Source of the DNA: an uncultured Gemmatimonadaceae bacterium
GTDB taxonomy: Bacteria > Gemmatimonadota > Gemmatimonadetes > Gemmatimonadales > Gemmatimonadaceae
Length of the DNA: 64,000 nt
NCBI GenBank assembly: GCA_963829055.1
Contig: CAWHHI010000012.1
Span: 384,001 to 448,000 of the forward strand
Reading direction: 5' to 3'
The position numbers and the translations under genes were made by a program. Shown here piece after piece: positions 11,743 through 21,598 of this stretch; within the stretch, counting starts at the first letter, position 1; the number at the start of each line of letters is the position of its first letter. Below the pieces are notes generated by a model. That model ran no database searches, was not told the DNA's origin, and saw nothing but the letters and a program-made list of their open reading frames with translations.

Positions 11743-12408
11743 TTCGTCCTCGCTTGATTTGAATCATCCATCGCCAGCTCCTGCTGACGGCTGAAACCGA
11801 ATTCCTCGATCGTGAACGTCACCGCTTTCTGCGAGATGCGGGCGACGCGCATGCGGCCGATTTGTTGCCCAACTTTGATGCGGTATTGTTCGTGGCTCGT
11901 GACATCGCGAAGGATCGCCACCGAGTTACGACCGGCGGGATCGATCAGAATCCCGCTGATCGTCAGGTCGCTGATCATCGGGCGAAGCTCGCCGATGGTC
12001 ATGAGCGAGACGAAGGGGTCGCGACGACCGCTCTGCTCGTAGGCGTAGACTTCGCGACGCAGCACGACCCTGCCTGCGGTGTCCATCGGTGCGCTGGCGC
12101 GCGTTGCCGCGCCTGCCGCGCGTCGCCCGCACCCCGCGCGAGCGCGACGTGTCCGCGGGACTCTCGACCACGCGCTTGGCAGCGCTCGAGGAGGAGCCCC
12201 CGCGCACGTTCGCGCTCGCGGCAGACGCCGCGGCATTCGCGCTGTCGACGTTCGTCATCGCCAGCGTGTGCGTGTTGGTCTTCGCGACCGCCGAGTTGGT
12301 GGTCTGTTTGATCCGCGAAATGTTAGGCAGCGACTGCGCCTGGGTCGTCGCGACCGCGGTGGTCGAGACGATCGCGAGCGCACCGGCCAGAACGAGGCGA
12401 CGCATCAT
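11739..12408 (-). CDS. pilP: PilP-like pilus assembly protein (frameshift ~12130-12230)
   Basis: Signal peptide, YAYEQSGRRDPF, KVGQQIG; lies between pilO and pilQ. Confidence 0.7.
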
Positions 12409-13037
12409 GACTTACTCCCACCCGCCGGAGCGGGACGCGGGGCGGCGGTCTTCGCGACGTAGGTCTGCAGCTCAAACCGAGAGTCGAGGACCGAGTTGTT
12501 GTTCTTGAGGGCTTTCTTGCGCTGATCGGCCGCGGCACCACTGCCGAGCGGCGACAGCGCCAGGTTCACCGGCGCGACGATGCGCGTCAGCGAGCCGACG
12601 TTGGCGAGGAACTCGCCGAGCGCGTGGTAATCGCCAATGACGGCGACCTGATATCGATAGGTGTCGAACTGCTCTCCTTCGACCACCGGCTGCGGCTTCA
12701 CGGTGGCGAGGTCGAGGCCGACGCGACGCGCGGCCGTCGAGACCTGCTCGAGCAGCGCCGGCACTTCGTTGCTCGTCGGCACGAGCTGGCGCATCACTTC
12801 GAGATTCTCTTGCAGCTTCACCGCTTCGGCGCGCAGCTGGTCGACGTTGCCTTTCGCGAGCTCCGCCTTTGCCCGCTGGTTGTTCACATCGAGCGAATCA
12901 ACGTGCGCCTGCAGGCTGGCGAGGACGTCGGCCTTCGGCGAGAAGACGTATGCGTAGTACAGTCCGATCAGGGCGACGGCGACGATGACGAGAAGCACCA
13001 TCACCTGGTCGCGCTGATTCTTCGGGAGCAGGGCCAT
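12405..13037 (-). CDS. pilO: Type IVa pilus protein PilO
   Basis: TM, coiled coil, VPTSNEVPALL, GDYHALGEFLANV..L.RIV. Confidence 0.9.
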   Translation of the reverse strand: MALLPKNQRDQVMVLLVIVAVALIGLYYAYVFSPKADVLASLQAHVDSLDVNNQRAKAELAKGNVDQLRAEAVKLQENLEVMRQLVPTSNEVPALLEQVSTAARRVGLDLATVKPQPVVEGEQFDTYRYQVAVIGDYHALGEFLANVGSLTRIVAPVNLALSPLGSGAAADQRKKALKNNNSVLDSRFELQTYVAKTAAPRPAPAGGSKS

Positions 13038-13046
13038 GGTAGCCTC

Positions 13047-13772
13047 TTACTTGGACGACAGGGTAACGGGGACGGTCGCAATCGCCGACGCGTCAGGACG
13101 CTCGTACTCGGCCTCGAGGAGGAACTCCTGCACTTCCTTGCCTTCGAGGGTCACCAGTTCGGCCTTCGCGATCGTGACGTTCTTCACGAACGGCGAGGAC
13201 TCGAGCAGCTTCATGAAGCGCGTGAGCGCCTGGATATCGACCGTGTTGCCGGAGATCTGGAACTTCAGCGTCGCCGGAGCAGGCGGCGGAGGCGGAACGG
13301 GCTTGCCCTTGCCGTCCTTCGCCGGAGCCGGTGCAGGTGTGGGCGTCGCGGCCGCGACCATCGCGCTCTGCGCGATGGTCTTGAGCCACGTGTACGGCGG
13401 CAGCGAGCGGCTCACCTCGTCCATGATGTGCGCCCACACGAAGCGGTCGTTGTCGATGCTCTTGATGATCTCGAGCTGGCGACGAACCGAGTCCCGTTGC
13501 GACTCGGCGCGATTGCGCTCGCGGAGCACGGCGACGTAGCGGGTCGAGTCCTGCACCGAGCGACGCTCTCGCTCGGTGAGCTCCTCGGCGCGACCGGCCT
13601 GCGACAGATGCAGGGCGCCGATGGCGCCGACGGCGGCGATGATGCTCACCGCTGCCGCGATCATGAATGGGTCCTTGACGCGCGCCCCCGCCTTACCAGC
13701 GATGGCGGTGAGGCTGAAGCCGGTGGAGCGGTTTTTCTTACCGCTACCCGGCAGAAGATTGATCTCGATCAT
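13047..13772 (-). CDS. pilN: Type IVa pilus protein PilN
   Basis: MIEINLLP motif, TM, PPYTWL, FMKLLESSPF. Confidence 0.9.
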   Translation of the reverse strand: MIEINLLPGSGKKNRSTGFSLTAIAGKAGARVKDPFMIAAAVSIIAAVGAIGALHLSQAGRAEELTERERRSVQDSTRYVAVLRERNRAESQRDSVRRQLEIIKSIDNDRFVWAHIMDEVSRSLPPYTWLKTIAQSAMVAAATPTPAPAPAKDGKGKPVPPPPPAPATLKFQISGNTVDIQALTRFMKLLESSPFVKNVTIAKAELVTLEGKEVQEFLLEAEYERPDASAIATVPVTLSSK

Positions 13773-13795
13773 CGGAGTTCGGTCGCGGTGAAGGA

Positions 13796-14839
13796 CTAGG
13801 CGGCCTGACGAAGCGCGAGCCCGATCGGGAGCATGAGCAGCGGTGCCACTTCGTCGGTCACGAGCGAATCCAGCGCGCCTTCGCGCACCTTGAGGTTCGC
13901 GAGCGGGTTGGCCTGCTCGACGCGCACACGCAAGCGGTTGGCGAGCGCCTCGGTGAGTCCGGGCACGCGGGCGCCGCCACCGCACGTATAGACCGCACGC
14001 ATCTGATTGCCCGACCGTGAAGAGGACGCGAGGAACGCGGCGGCGCGCTCGATGCCAACAGCGATCTCTTCGCCGCGGCTCTCGATCACCGCGTCCAGGT
14101 GCGGCGACCGGTCGTAGCCCTGGAGCAACAGCTCGGCCTCTTCGGCGCCCAGTCCACGCTCACGCTGCAGATCCTCGCGGAAGCGGCGCGTGCCCACCGT
14201 GATGTCACGGGTGAGGATCGGTACGCCATCGTCGAGAATGTTGATGTTCGTGACTTCGTGTCCGATGTTGATCAGGCCGACGACGCCGTTCATCGCGTCG
14301 GGGTGGTTGAGCTCGAACGCGTTATGCAGCGCGAACGCATCGACGTCGACGACGGTCGGCGTTAGGCCGGCATCCGTCAGGAGGTGCATCTTCGACTCGA
14401 TGAGGTCGCGCTTGGCGGCCACGAGGAGGACGCTCATCTCCATGCCGTCGCCATCGGGATCGAGGATCTGGAAGTCCAGCTCCACCGACTCCATGTCGAA
14501 CGGAACGTGCTGCTCGGCCTCCCAGCGCATCAGCTCGCGGGCCTGGCTCTCGCGCACGCGCTCGATCTGGATCTTCTTGATGATCACGTCGCGGCCGCCG
14601 ACGGCGGTCACGATCTCTTTCGACTTGATGCCGGCCGCCTCGATGGCGTTCCGCACGGCCTCGGTCACGATGCCCGGGTCCATGACTTCGCCCTCGACGA
14701 TCGCGTCGGCGAGCAGCGGCATGATGGCCACCTTGGTCAGCTCGGGCTCACCGCGCGAGTGATCGATGACCGCGACCTTGATGAGGCCGGAGCCAATGTC
14801 GAGGCCGATCGTTGTCTTCTTGCGTCCGAAGAGCGCCAT
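13796..14839 (-). CDS. pilM: Type IV pilus assembly protein PilM
   Basis: IGLDIGS, EAEQHVPF, GGGARVPGL, IGLALR; start MALFGRKK. Confidence 0.95.
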   Translation of the reverse strand: MALFGRKKTTIGLDIGSGLIKVAVIDHSRGEPELTKVAIMPLLADAIVEGEVMDPGIVTEAVRNAIEAAGIKSKEIVTAVGGRDVIIKKIQIERVRESQARELMRWEAEQHVPFDMESVELDFQILDPDGDGMEMSVLLVAAKRDLIESKMHLLTDAGLTPTVVDVDAFALHNAFELNHPDAMNGVVGLINIGHEVTNINILDDGVPILTRDITVGTRRFREDLQRERGLGAEEAELLLQGYDRSPHLDAVIESRGEEIAVGIERAAAFLASSSRSGNQMRAVYTCGGGARVPGLTEALANRLRVRVEQANPLANLKVREGALDSLVTDEVAPLLMLPIGLALRQAA

Positions 14840-15330
14840 AGCGAGGGTGCCGAGTCGAGGTGGATCGTGCGACGCCGACGAAGGCGCCGTGCTGTCGTTG
14901 CCATCGCCCTGCATGCGCCGCGGACTGACCGATCGTTCCGCTCCGCGCATCGCCGGACCAGCCTAACGTGACACAGTCGCCCGGGCGAGCTACACCACGG
15001 CAACCGATGACAAGAGGCATTTTGACCACAGGCCCGGTCGAATCTGCCAACAACACGATTGCGCGTTGCCGCTGGTAACAGCGTGTGACGCCACACGTTC
15101 GGACGTGCATCGTTGTGTGTTGAGAGTCACGCTAACAGCGTGGGAATAACCACGCGTGAAGGGTTTTCCCGGGAGAAGTACACCCATACCTCTCACGACG
15201 ACGCACGCGCCTCACGCGGTACCGTCGCGCGGCGATGTGACGCACGGCACCACGCACCGTCCGACTCGACACCCGGCATCACAGCGCCGTCGTTATGCAA
15301 GCACGTCGTGACGGCGCGCGACATGACGCG

Positions 15331-16497
15331 TCAGCGCAACTCTACCCACCAACGCTCGGGTGTGCGCGTGAGCCGCGACGTTCCAAGCACGGCACGGCTC
15401 ACCGCACAGCTCGCGAAGCGAATCGTGCCACCGTCCGCGATACGCGAGCCACCGGCTCGATCGCCATCCTGCGCGAACGCAATGCCGACGATCTCTGCGC
15501 CGGTGCCGGCGACGACGATGTCATCGCCAACGATGACCACGCCGACGAAACGCGCACCGGCTTCGACGCGAAGACTGCCATCAACGAGCAGAATTCCCTG
15601 CCCTACCGAGCCAGCGGCCAGGACGAGCGAACCTCGGACGTGCACGAGCGCGTAATAGTCGGCGCACGCGCCCGCGCGCCCCGGGTCGCCCCAGTTGAGC
15701 GGATCCGCGCGATCACACTGGCTTGCACGAACTGACGGGCGAGGCGCTAGTGTCCCGCCGGGCAAATCGATCGACGCGCGATCGGCAAGCGCCGCAGCTG
15801 CGTCAATGCCACCGGACGCCCCGGTGGAATCATTCGTTAGGCCCGTTGCTAAGACGACTGGCGGGGTACCGGTCACACCGGCCGGGGGAACACCAGAGCA
15901 TTGTGCACCGCACACGAGCGTCGTGTCAGGCACCGCAACGCCCGCCACACTCGACGCAGCGCCTTCGTTGCAGAGACCGCCTGGCGCGGCCGTCGTGGTG
16001 TCGATGCCCTCTATGACTCCACCGTCGACGGTCACCACTCCGCCGGCGGTCAGCGTCGCACGGAGTGGAATCCTCGCGTTAACGAGGCTTAGCGATGCGG
16101 CAATGGTGTGACGAGTCGGAATGCCACGGCCATCGCTGGCGTAAGCGCCGTACGCGGTGATCAGAAATCCGCTGCGTTGCACGCGTGTGGCGGTGACAAC
16201 GACCCGATCACCCATCGTCGCAACGCCATCGTCCGCGGTGTCGCCCACGAACTCGGACGCACCGATGGCCAGCGAGGTATTGCGCCGAGGATCCCAGGCT
16301 GCGATCGCGCGCTCGAGAGCCCATTCCGCCGTGGCCATGGCGCGCTGGTCAGCGAGGTCGGTTCGGCCGGCCCGCAGCTCCTCAGTCGAGACGAACAGTG
16401 CGCCGGCGACGAGCGCCGACAGCAGCACGAGCGCCATGATTGCCGCCGGGAGCGCGAAGCCGCCACGGTCTGCGTGCGCCATGCGAGTTGAGCTCAT
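15331..16497 (-). CDS. PilX/GspK-like minor pilin
   Basis: RGG|FALPAAIMALVLL prepilin signal lacking Glu5, AEWALE. Confidence 0.75.
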   Translation of the reverse strand: MSSTRMAHADRGGFALPAAIMALVLLSALVAGALFVSTEELRAGRTDLADQRAMATAEWALERAIAAWDPRRNTSLAIGASEFVGDTADDGVATMGDRVVVTATRVQRSGFLITAYGAYASDGRGIPTRHTIAASLSLVNARIPLRATLTAGGVVTVDGGVIEGIDTTTAAPGGLCNEGAASSVAGVAVPDTTLVCGAQCSGVPPAGVTGTPPVVLATGLTNDSTGASGGIDAAAALADRASIDLPGGTLAPRPSVRASQCDRADPLNWGDPGRAGACADYYALVHVRGSLVLAAGSVGQGILLVDGSLRVEAGARFVGVVIVGDDIVVAGTGAEIVGIAFAQDGDRAGGSRIADGGTIRFASCAVSRAVLGTSRLTRTPERWWVELR

Positions 16498-17414
16498 CGG
16501 TTTCTCACGCGCACGGTGACGGTCTGCGAGTCGGTGTACGCACGCGAGCTTCCTGACATGCCAGCGCCAGGCGTACCACGCACGACGATCTCGATACGCG
16601 CGATGCGCGCGGCATCGGCGGCCGACGAAACCAGGCCGCCCGAGTCATCGAAATAGCGTAGCGAAAGCCCGCTTCCCCCACGGCGAGAATAGGCGGAATA
16701 CGGCCCGCTGACGGGCTGCACCACTCCGAAAGCGGTACCATCCCATTCCGAGTAGCCGAGGAACCAGTCGTTCGTGCTGGCGCGGTAGAAGCGGTAGCGG
16801 ACGCGGCGCAATACGCGCACGAACGCACCGGGACCAACCGACGGCGGAATGCGCGTGCCGGCCGTAAATCGCAGCTGGAGGCGCGCTGCCGGAGTCGAGC
16901 CCGTAGGGTCGATCAGCGGTGACGTGGCGCACACGTCCATGCGAGTCGCCGCGCTCGCGACGTCCAGTCGCGTCCACCCAGTGGTTGATGAATCGCGCGG
17001 TGAGTCGGCCGACGCGTCCGAGTCATACACGAGCGCGATGTCGCCGGATTGCGGGGTGGTGGCGAACGCCGTGAGACGTTGCGCGCTCGCGGCCTGGGCC
17101 GGCACGAGGTCGATCGCTCCGCCGCCGGCCACGGTATCACACGCTACCGCGGCGCCGATGGTCGCGCGGACCTCGAGCGCGGAGTCCGAGAAGGCGAGCA
17201 CGTCACCGGCGGTTGGCGAGAGCGCGCGCAGCTCACCGGGCAGGATGCCCGTTGCATCTCGGAGGGAGACGCGCTGCTCGACGAGAGACGCCGCGTTCGT
17301 GAAGAAGCGCTGCTGGCGCCGCAGCACGCCGCCGATGGCCGCGGCGACGATGCCGCCCAGCACCATCACGATGAGGAGCTCGATCGTGGAGAACCCCGCG
17401 CGTGTCACTCGCAT
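16494..17414 (-). CDS. PilW-like minor pilin
   Basis: MRVTRAG|FSTIELLIVM prepilin motif; C-terminal VRVRN. Confidence 0.8.
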   Translation of the reverse strand: MRVTRAGFSTIELLIVMVLGGIVAAAIGGVLRRQQRFFTNAASLVEQRVSLRDATGILPGELRALSPTAGDVLAFSDSALEVRATIGAAVACDTVAGGGAIDLVPAQAASAQRLTAFATTPQSGDIALVYDSDASADSPRDSSTTGWTRLDVASAATRMDVCATSPLIDPTGSTPAARLQLRFTAGTRIPPSVGPGAFVRVLRRVRYRFYRASTNDWFLGYSEWDGTAFGVVQPVSGPYSAYSRRGGSGLSLRYFDDSGGLVSSAADAARIARIEIVVRGTPGAGMSGSSRAYTDSQTVTVRVRNR

Positions 17415-17743
17415 GGCACGAGCGCGCGATAGGCGTCTCGCCGAGCTCCCCGTCGGAGCGCCGAGCCGACGCTCAGGTCGACGCGTGCCGCGGCCGAGTC
17501 GCGCGCGACGGTCCACCGCAGCGTCGTGCGATCACGCGCGACCGAGCTGCTCGTTAGGCTCGCGCAGGGCGTCGCGGTGAGCGAATCGAGAATGGAGCGG
17601 GCGAGGTGGGCGGTGCTCGTGAGCTGCCCGCCCTCTCCGACCTGTGACGCGACCAGACCGGCCGTCGCGGCGAGCGCGAGCACGCCGACGGTCAGGACGA
17701 CGATGGCGACGAGGAGCTCGATGATGGTGAACGCTGGGCGCAT
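17405..17743 (-). CDS. PilV-like minor pilin
   Basis: MRPA|FTIIELLVAIVVLTVGVLALA. Confidence 0.75.
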   Translation of the reverse strand: MRPAFTIIELLVAIVVLTVGVLALAATAGLVASQVGEGGQLTSTAHLARSILDSLTATPCASLTSSSVARDRTTLRWTVARDSAAARVDLSVGSALRRGARRDAYRALVPCE

Positions 17744-17872
17744 GCCGACCAAGATGGGCGGCATGCCTCGGGTGTCGGCATCGTTCGCGCTCCGTTGTCA
17801 TCGTTTTCCTCCGCGTCGCGCCTCGTTATGCGCGAGCTGCCGCGGTCCCAGTAGGCGACCTACGGGATGCAA

Positions 17873-17903
17873 GAAGGGCGGTGGCCAGAGGCCACCGCCC
17901 TTC
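17873..17903 (-). terminator. Intrinsic terminator after the downstream pilA
   Basis: gaagggcggtggcc-aga-ggccaccgcccttc perfect stem, ending in TTCTT on the minus strand. Confidence 0.75.
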
Positions 17904-17934
17904 TCCTGCACCGCTGGGAAACCGCTCAGGCGCG

Positions 17935-18339
17935 TTAGTTACACTTCGGCTCCGCCTCGACGGTCGCGGGACCGACCGCGGCGACGCCGATGAAGATCGA
18001 GCAGGTGCGGGTCGTCGCGCTGTGCGCCGCCGTGGCGCTCCAGCCCGAGCCGCCCGTCGCCACCGCGGCCACTGCCACGCCCGCCGACGGGACGAACCCG
18101 GCCAGCGACGTCGTGGTCCCGGCCTGATTGGAGCCGCTGCCGGTCGTGTAGACCTGGAAGTCGGAGAAGTAGCCTTCCTGCACCGTCGCCATGTTGCGGA
18201 GGTCGGACTTCATCGACGCCAGGTACGCCTTCTCCTTCGTGTTCGCGAACTTCGGGATCGCGATCGCGGCGAGAATACCGATGATCACGACGACGATCAG
18301 GAGCTCGATCAGGGTGAAGCCCTTTCGATTAGTACGCAT
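17935..18339 (-). CDS. pilA: Type IVa major pilin, downstream copy
   Basis: KG|FTLIELLIVVVIIGILAAIAIPKF, C-terminal Cys pair, AGGA RBS. Confidence 0.93.
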   Translation of the reverse strand: MRTNRKGFTLIELLIVVVIIGILAAIAIPKFANTKEKAYLASMKSDLRNMATVQEGYFSDFQVYTTGSGSNQAGTTTSLAGFVPSAGVAVAAVATGGSGWSATAAHSATTRTCSIFIGVAAVGPATVEAEPKCN

Positions 18340-18401
18340 AGACGGTGTCTTCCTTAGGTAGCGAGGTCGTACGAGGTGCGCCGCCGCAGCGGGGCGAGAT
18401 C

Positions 18402-18432
18402 GGCGGGGGTCGCCGTTAGGCGGCCCCCCGCC
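18402..18432 (-). terminator. GC hairpin between the pilA copies (terminator or RNA-stabilising)
   Basis: ggcgggggtcgcc-gtta-ggcggccccccgcc; no U-tract. Confidence 0.55.
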
Positions 18433-18446
18433 AGTACAGCAAGAGC

Positions 18447-18854
18447 TTAGTTACACTTCGGTTCAGCTTCGACGGTCGCGGGACCGACCGCGGCGACGCC
18501 GATGAAGATCGAGCAGGTGCGGGTCGTCGCGCTGTGCGCCGCCGTGGCGCTCCAGCCCGAGCCGCCCGTCGCCACCGCGGCCACTGCCACGCCCGCCGAC
18601 GGGACGAACCCGGCCAGCGACGCGGTGGTGCCGGCTTGGTTCTTCCCGCTGCCGGTCGTGTAGACCTGGAAGTCGGAGAAGTAGCCTTCCTGCACCGTCG
18701 CCATGTTGCGGAGGTCGGACTTCATCGACGCGAGGTACGCCTTCTCCTTCGTGTTCGCGAACTTCGGGATCGCGATCGCGGCGAGAATACCGATGATCAC
18801 GACGACGATCAGAAGTTCGATCAGGGTGAAGCCCTTGCGAGTGGTGTTGCGCAT
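18447..18854 (-). CDS. pilA: Type IVa major pilin, upstream copy
   Basis: MRNTTRKG|FTLIELL; mature protein differs from the other copy at 2 residues; GGAG RBS. Confidence 0.93.
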   Translation of the reverse strand: MRNTTRKGFTLIELLIVVVIIGILAAIAIPKFANTKEKAYLASMKSDLRNMATVQEGYFSDFQVYTTGSGKNQAGTTASLAGFVPSAGVAVAAVATGGSGWSATAAHSATTRTCSIFIGVAAVGPATVEAEPKCN

Positions 18855-18932
18855 GCGTGTTACTCTCCGAATGCCTGAGGGGGTCTCAACGTGCGTCTGA
18901 CGTTGCAGTGCACGATTCACGGTCGAGGGTAA

Positions 18933-18949
18933 GGCAACGCGCGGACCAA
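18933..18949 (-). promoter_or_regulatory. Putative sigma54 (-24/-12) pilA promoter
   Basis: Minus strand TTGGTCCGCGCGTTGCC has GG-N10-GC spacing, ~80 bp upstream of the ATG; PilR is encoded nearby. Confidence 0.7.
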
Positions 18950-19198
18950 CGGCTCTGGACGCACGTTCAGCGTTTACCGGCAACGACTTGGGCGAATAGT
19001 GCGGTACGTCGCAACGCTAAAAACGGGGAGTGTTTTGCGCTCTCTCTTGCAGTCTGCCACGGCAATCACCGTCTCCCCTTTCCGGCCAGACCGCCTCAGC
19101 GCGAGCGTGGCCAATTCGCCAGTACTACGCCGCGCGCCTCGAGGGAAAGACGCATTCCGAAAACCGCGGTAACCACTGCATGCATAACGCGATGCGCA

Positions 19199-20002
19199 TC
19201 ACGGAGCGAACACGTTGTATCGCACGATGTGCCAGAACGCCGCAACACCATCCTTCCATCCGATCTTCTTCCCCTCGGCGTAGGTGCGCCCGGAGTACGA
19301 GATCGGCACCTCGTAAATGCGAGTTTTCGCCTGTGCGAGTCTCGCCGTCACCTCGGGCTCGAAGCCGAAGCGATCAGACGTCAGGACGAGCTCCCGCGCG
19401 ACCTCACCACGGATCGCCTTGTAGCACGTCTCCATGTCGGTGAGGTTGAGGTTCGTGAACATGTTGCTCAACAACGTGAGCATCTTGTTCCCGACCGAGT
19501 GCCAGAAGTACAGCACGCGATGCGGTCCGCTCAGAAAGCGTGAGCCGAACACCGCGTCGGCGAGTCCCGAGATGATCGGCTCGAGCAGCGCCGGCCAGTC
19601 GGCGGGATCGTACTCGAGATCTGCGTCCTGCACGATCACGACGTTCCCGGTGCTCGCCGCCAAGGCTGTGCGGATCGCGGCGCCCTTCCCCATGTTGCGC
19701 GGCTGGTGGATGAGGCGATGAATCCGGCCGTCAGCGTACAGGCGATCGAGAATCTCCTTCGTGCCGTCCGTCGAGAAGTCGTTGACGCAGATGATCTCTT
19801 TCCGAACCGGCACCGCGTGCACCTGGTTGAGAATGAGCTCGATCGTGTTGCGCTCGTTGTAGACCGGGATGAGCACGGACAGTACGAGCGAGTCGCGATC
19901 GATGGGCGTGCGGCCGCGCATGCGCGGCGTGGATCCTGGGACGGCGGTTTCCGGCGCACGCACGACCGGTTCGGTCGGGGTCAGTCTTCGGGTCGAGGTC
20001 AT
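19199..20002 (-). CDS. GT2 glycosyltransferase, DPM1-like (polyprenol-phosphate sugar synthase)
   Basis: SVLIPVYNE, NDFSTDGT, NMGKGAA, QDADLEYDP, TDMETCYK, FGFEPE, GKKIGWKDG. Confidence 0.92.
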   Translation of the reverse strand: MTSTRRLTPTEPVVRAPETAVPGSTPRMRGRTPIDRDSLVLSVLIPVYNERNTIELILNQVHAVPVRKEIICVNDFSTDGTKEILDRLYADGRIHRLIHQPRNMGKGAAIRTALAASTGNVVIVQDADLEYDPADWPALLEPIISGLADAVFGSRFLSGPHRVLYFWHSVGNKMLTLLSNMFTNLNLTDMETCYKAIRGEVARELVLTSDRFGFEPEVTARLAQAKTRIYEVPISYSGRTYAEGKKIGWKDGVAAFWHIVRYNVFAP

Positions 20003-21598
20003 TTCGGGACAGGTTCGTAAACGCGGGCCACGCTGATGCTGCCCGCATACCGCAGCTTGGGTGGGTGGGCCTCGATCAGCAAGGTCGCCGACGCGATGCC
20101 CTGCTCCGTCGACGCAATGAACCACCGCGGGTGGATGCGCTCGATCATATCCTCGAGCACGGCGGCGTTCTGTGCGGGTGTCAGCGGCGTGATGTGGCCG
20201 AGCGCCGTGAATTTGGCGGTCGGAACCGCGCGTCTTCCGGCGTAGAGATACACGATGAGATCGTGGTCGGTGGCAACCACGTCGTCCGGGCGCGTCGAGC
20301 GAGCGACCCATTCGGCGATCGGCTTCGCCTGTGTTCCGGCATCGCTCTGGATGTTGACCCACCATTTATCGCGCACGCCGCGCGTGTTGTGCGCGGCGTA
20401 ACCAGCCGTGACGATCGCGACTCCGGCCATTGCCGCCAGACGCAGCGCACGCGTGCCTGACGCATCTGGGCGCCAGGCCCAGGTCGTACGGACGCCAGCG
20501 ACGAACAGTCCCGCCAACACCGGCCACCAGACAAGCGCGAACCGTGTCGGTTCGAACGGCCACGCGAGAATCACTACGGCGTAGCCGCCGAGGAACACCA
20601 ACGTGACCGGAATGCGACGCCACAGCGTTGCCGCCGCCACACCGAGCATGGCGAGCACCACACCTAACGAGACGAGCCGTGGCGCGACCGGCGGCACCGG
20701 CAGCGTGACGTATCCGAGGAACCCGAACAGCTCGTTGGCATTCTTCGCGATCACCGCCTTCGCGAACGCGAGGCCGCCCGCTCGGTAGCCTTCGGACAGC
20801 CACGGCCCGTACGCACCGTATTTCCCAACGAATGGTGCGGGCATCTCGCCCTGATACGCTGGATACCCACAGCTGCCACGGCACGATGAACACCATCGCC
20901 ACCACACCCAGCACGAGCGCAGACCGCCAGCGACGCCGCAGGAGCAGGACGAGCAGCGCGGCCGGTAGCATGAAAACACCGACGGTGCGCACGAGCGCCA
21001 GGACGCCGATGAGCGCACCCGCGCCCGCGGCCGACCTGACCTCGCCATCGTCGGCCGCGCGCTCCGCCACCAGTAGCGTTGGCAGCACGAGCGCCATGTA
21101 CAGTGGTTCCGAGAGCACCACGCCTGTGATCACCAGCACGACGACCGAGATCGTGCCCACCATGGCGGCGATACATGCGCCCAGCGATCCGAGCGCGAGC
21201 CGCGTCCGCGAGAAGCGATACGTCCCGACAGCCGTGACCGCCAGGAACAGCGCGTTCACGAACTTGAAAACGACGATATTGTCGGGAAAGGATGGAAAGA
21301 GCTTCCACAGCCCGGCGAGCAGCAGCGGGTATCCGGGGGGAAAGTGCGTCGCGTGCGGCGATCCCGGCATGTTGATCATGCGGAACCCTTCACCAGTCGC
21401 GAGTGCCTTGGCGAGCGTCACATAGATCGCGTCATCCTGAAAGACTCCGACCGGCCACGGCGTGACCGTCAGAAGCGCGACCGCGAGCGCGATAGCGCCA
21501 ACCACGAACGGTGCGACACGATCAGCCGAAAGACCGCGTGAGCCATGCGTCGCGTGCGCGAGCGGCGCTGCTCGATCGAGCTCGCCAATAGCCGTCAT
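19999..21598 (-). CDS. GT-C fold (ArnT/PMT-like) membrane glycosyltransferase; frameshift ~20855
   Basis: GVFQDDAIYVTLAKALATG, HFPPGYP, LSEPLY, many TMs. Confidence 0.75.

Noticed and set aside
14840..15330. c-di-GMP riboswitch upstream of pilM
   Set aside because: No recognisable GEMM core motifs were seen by eye.
17935..18854. Diversity-generating retroelement TR/VR pair in the pilA duplicates
   Set aside because: The differences are not adenine-specific and no reverse transcriptase is present.
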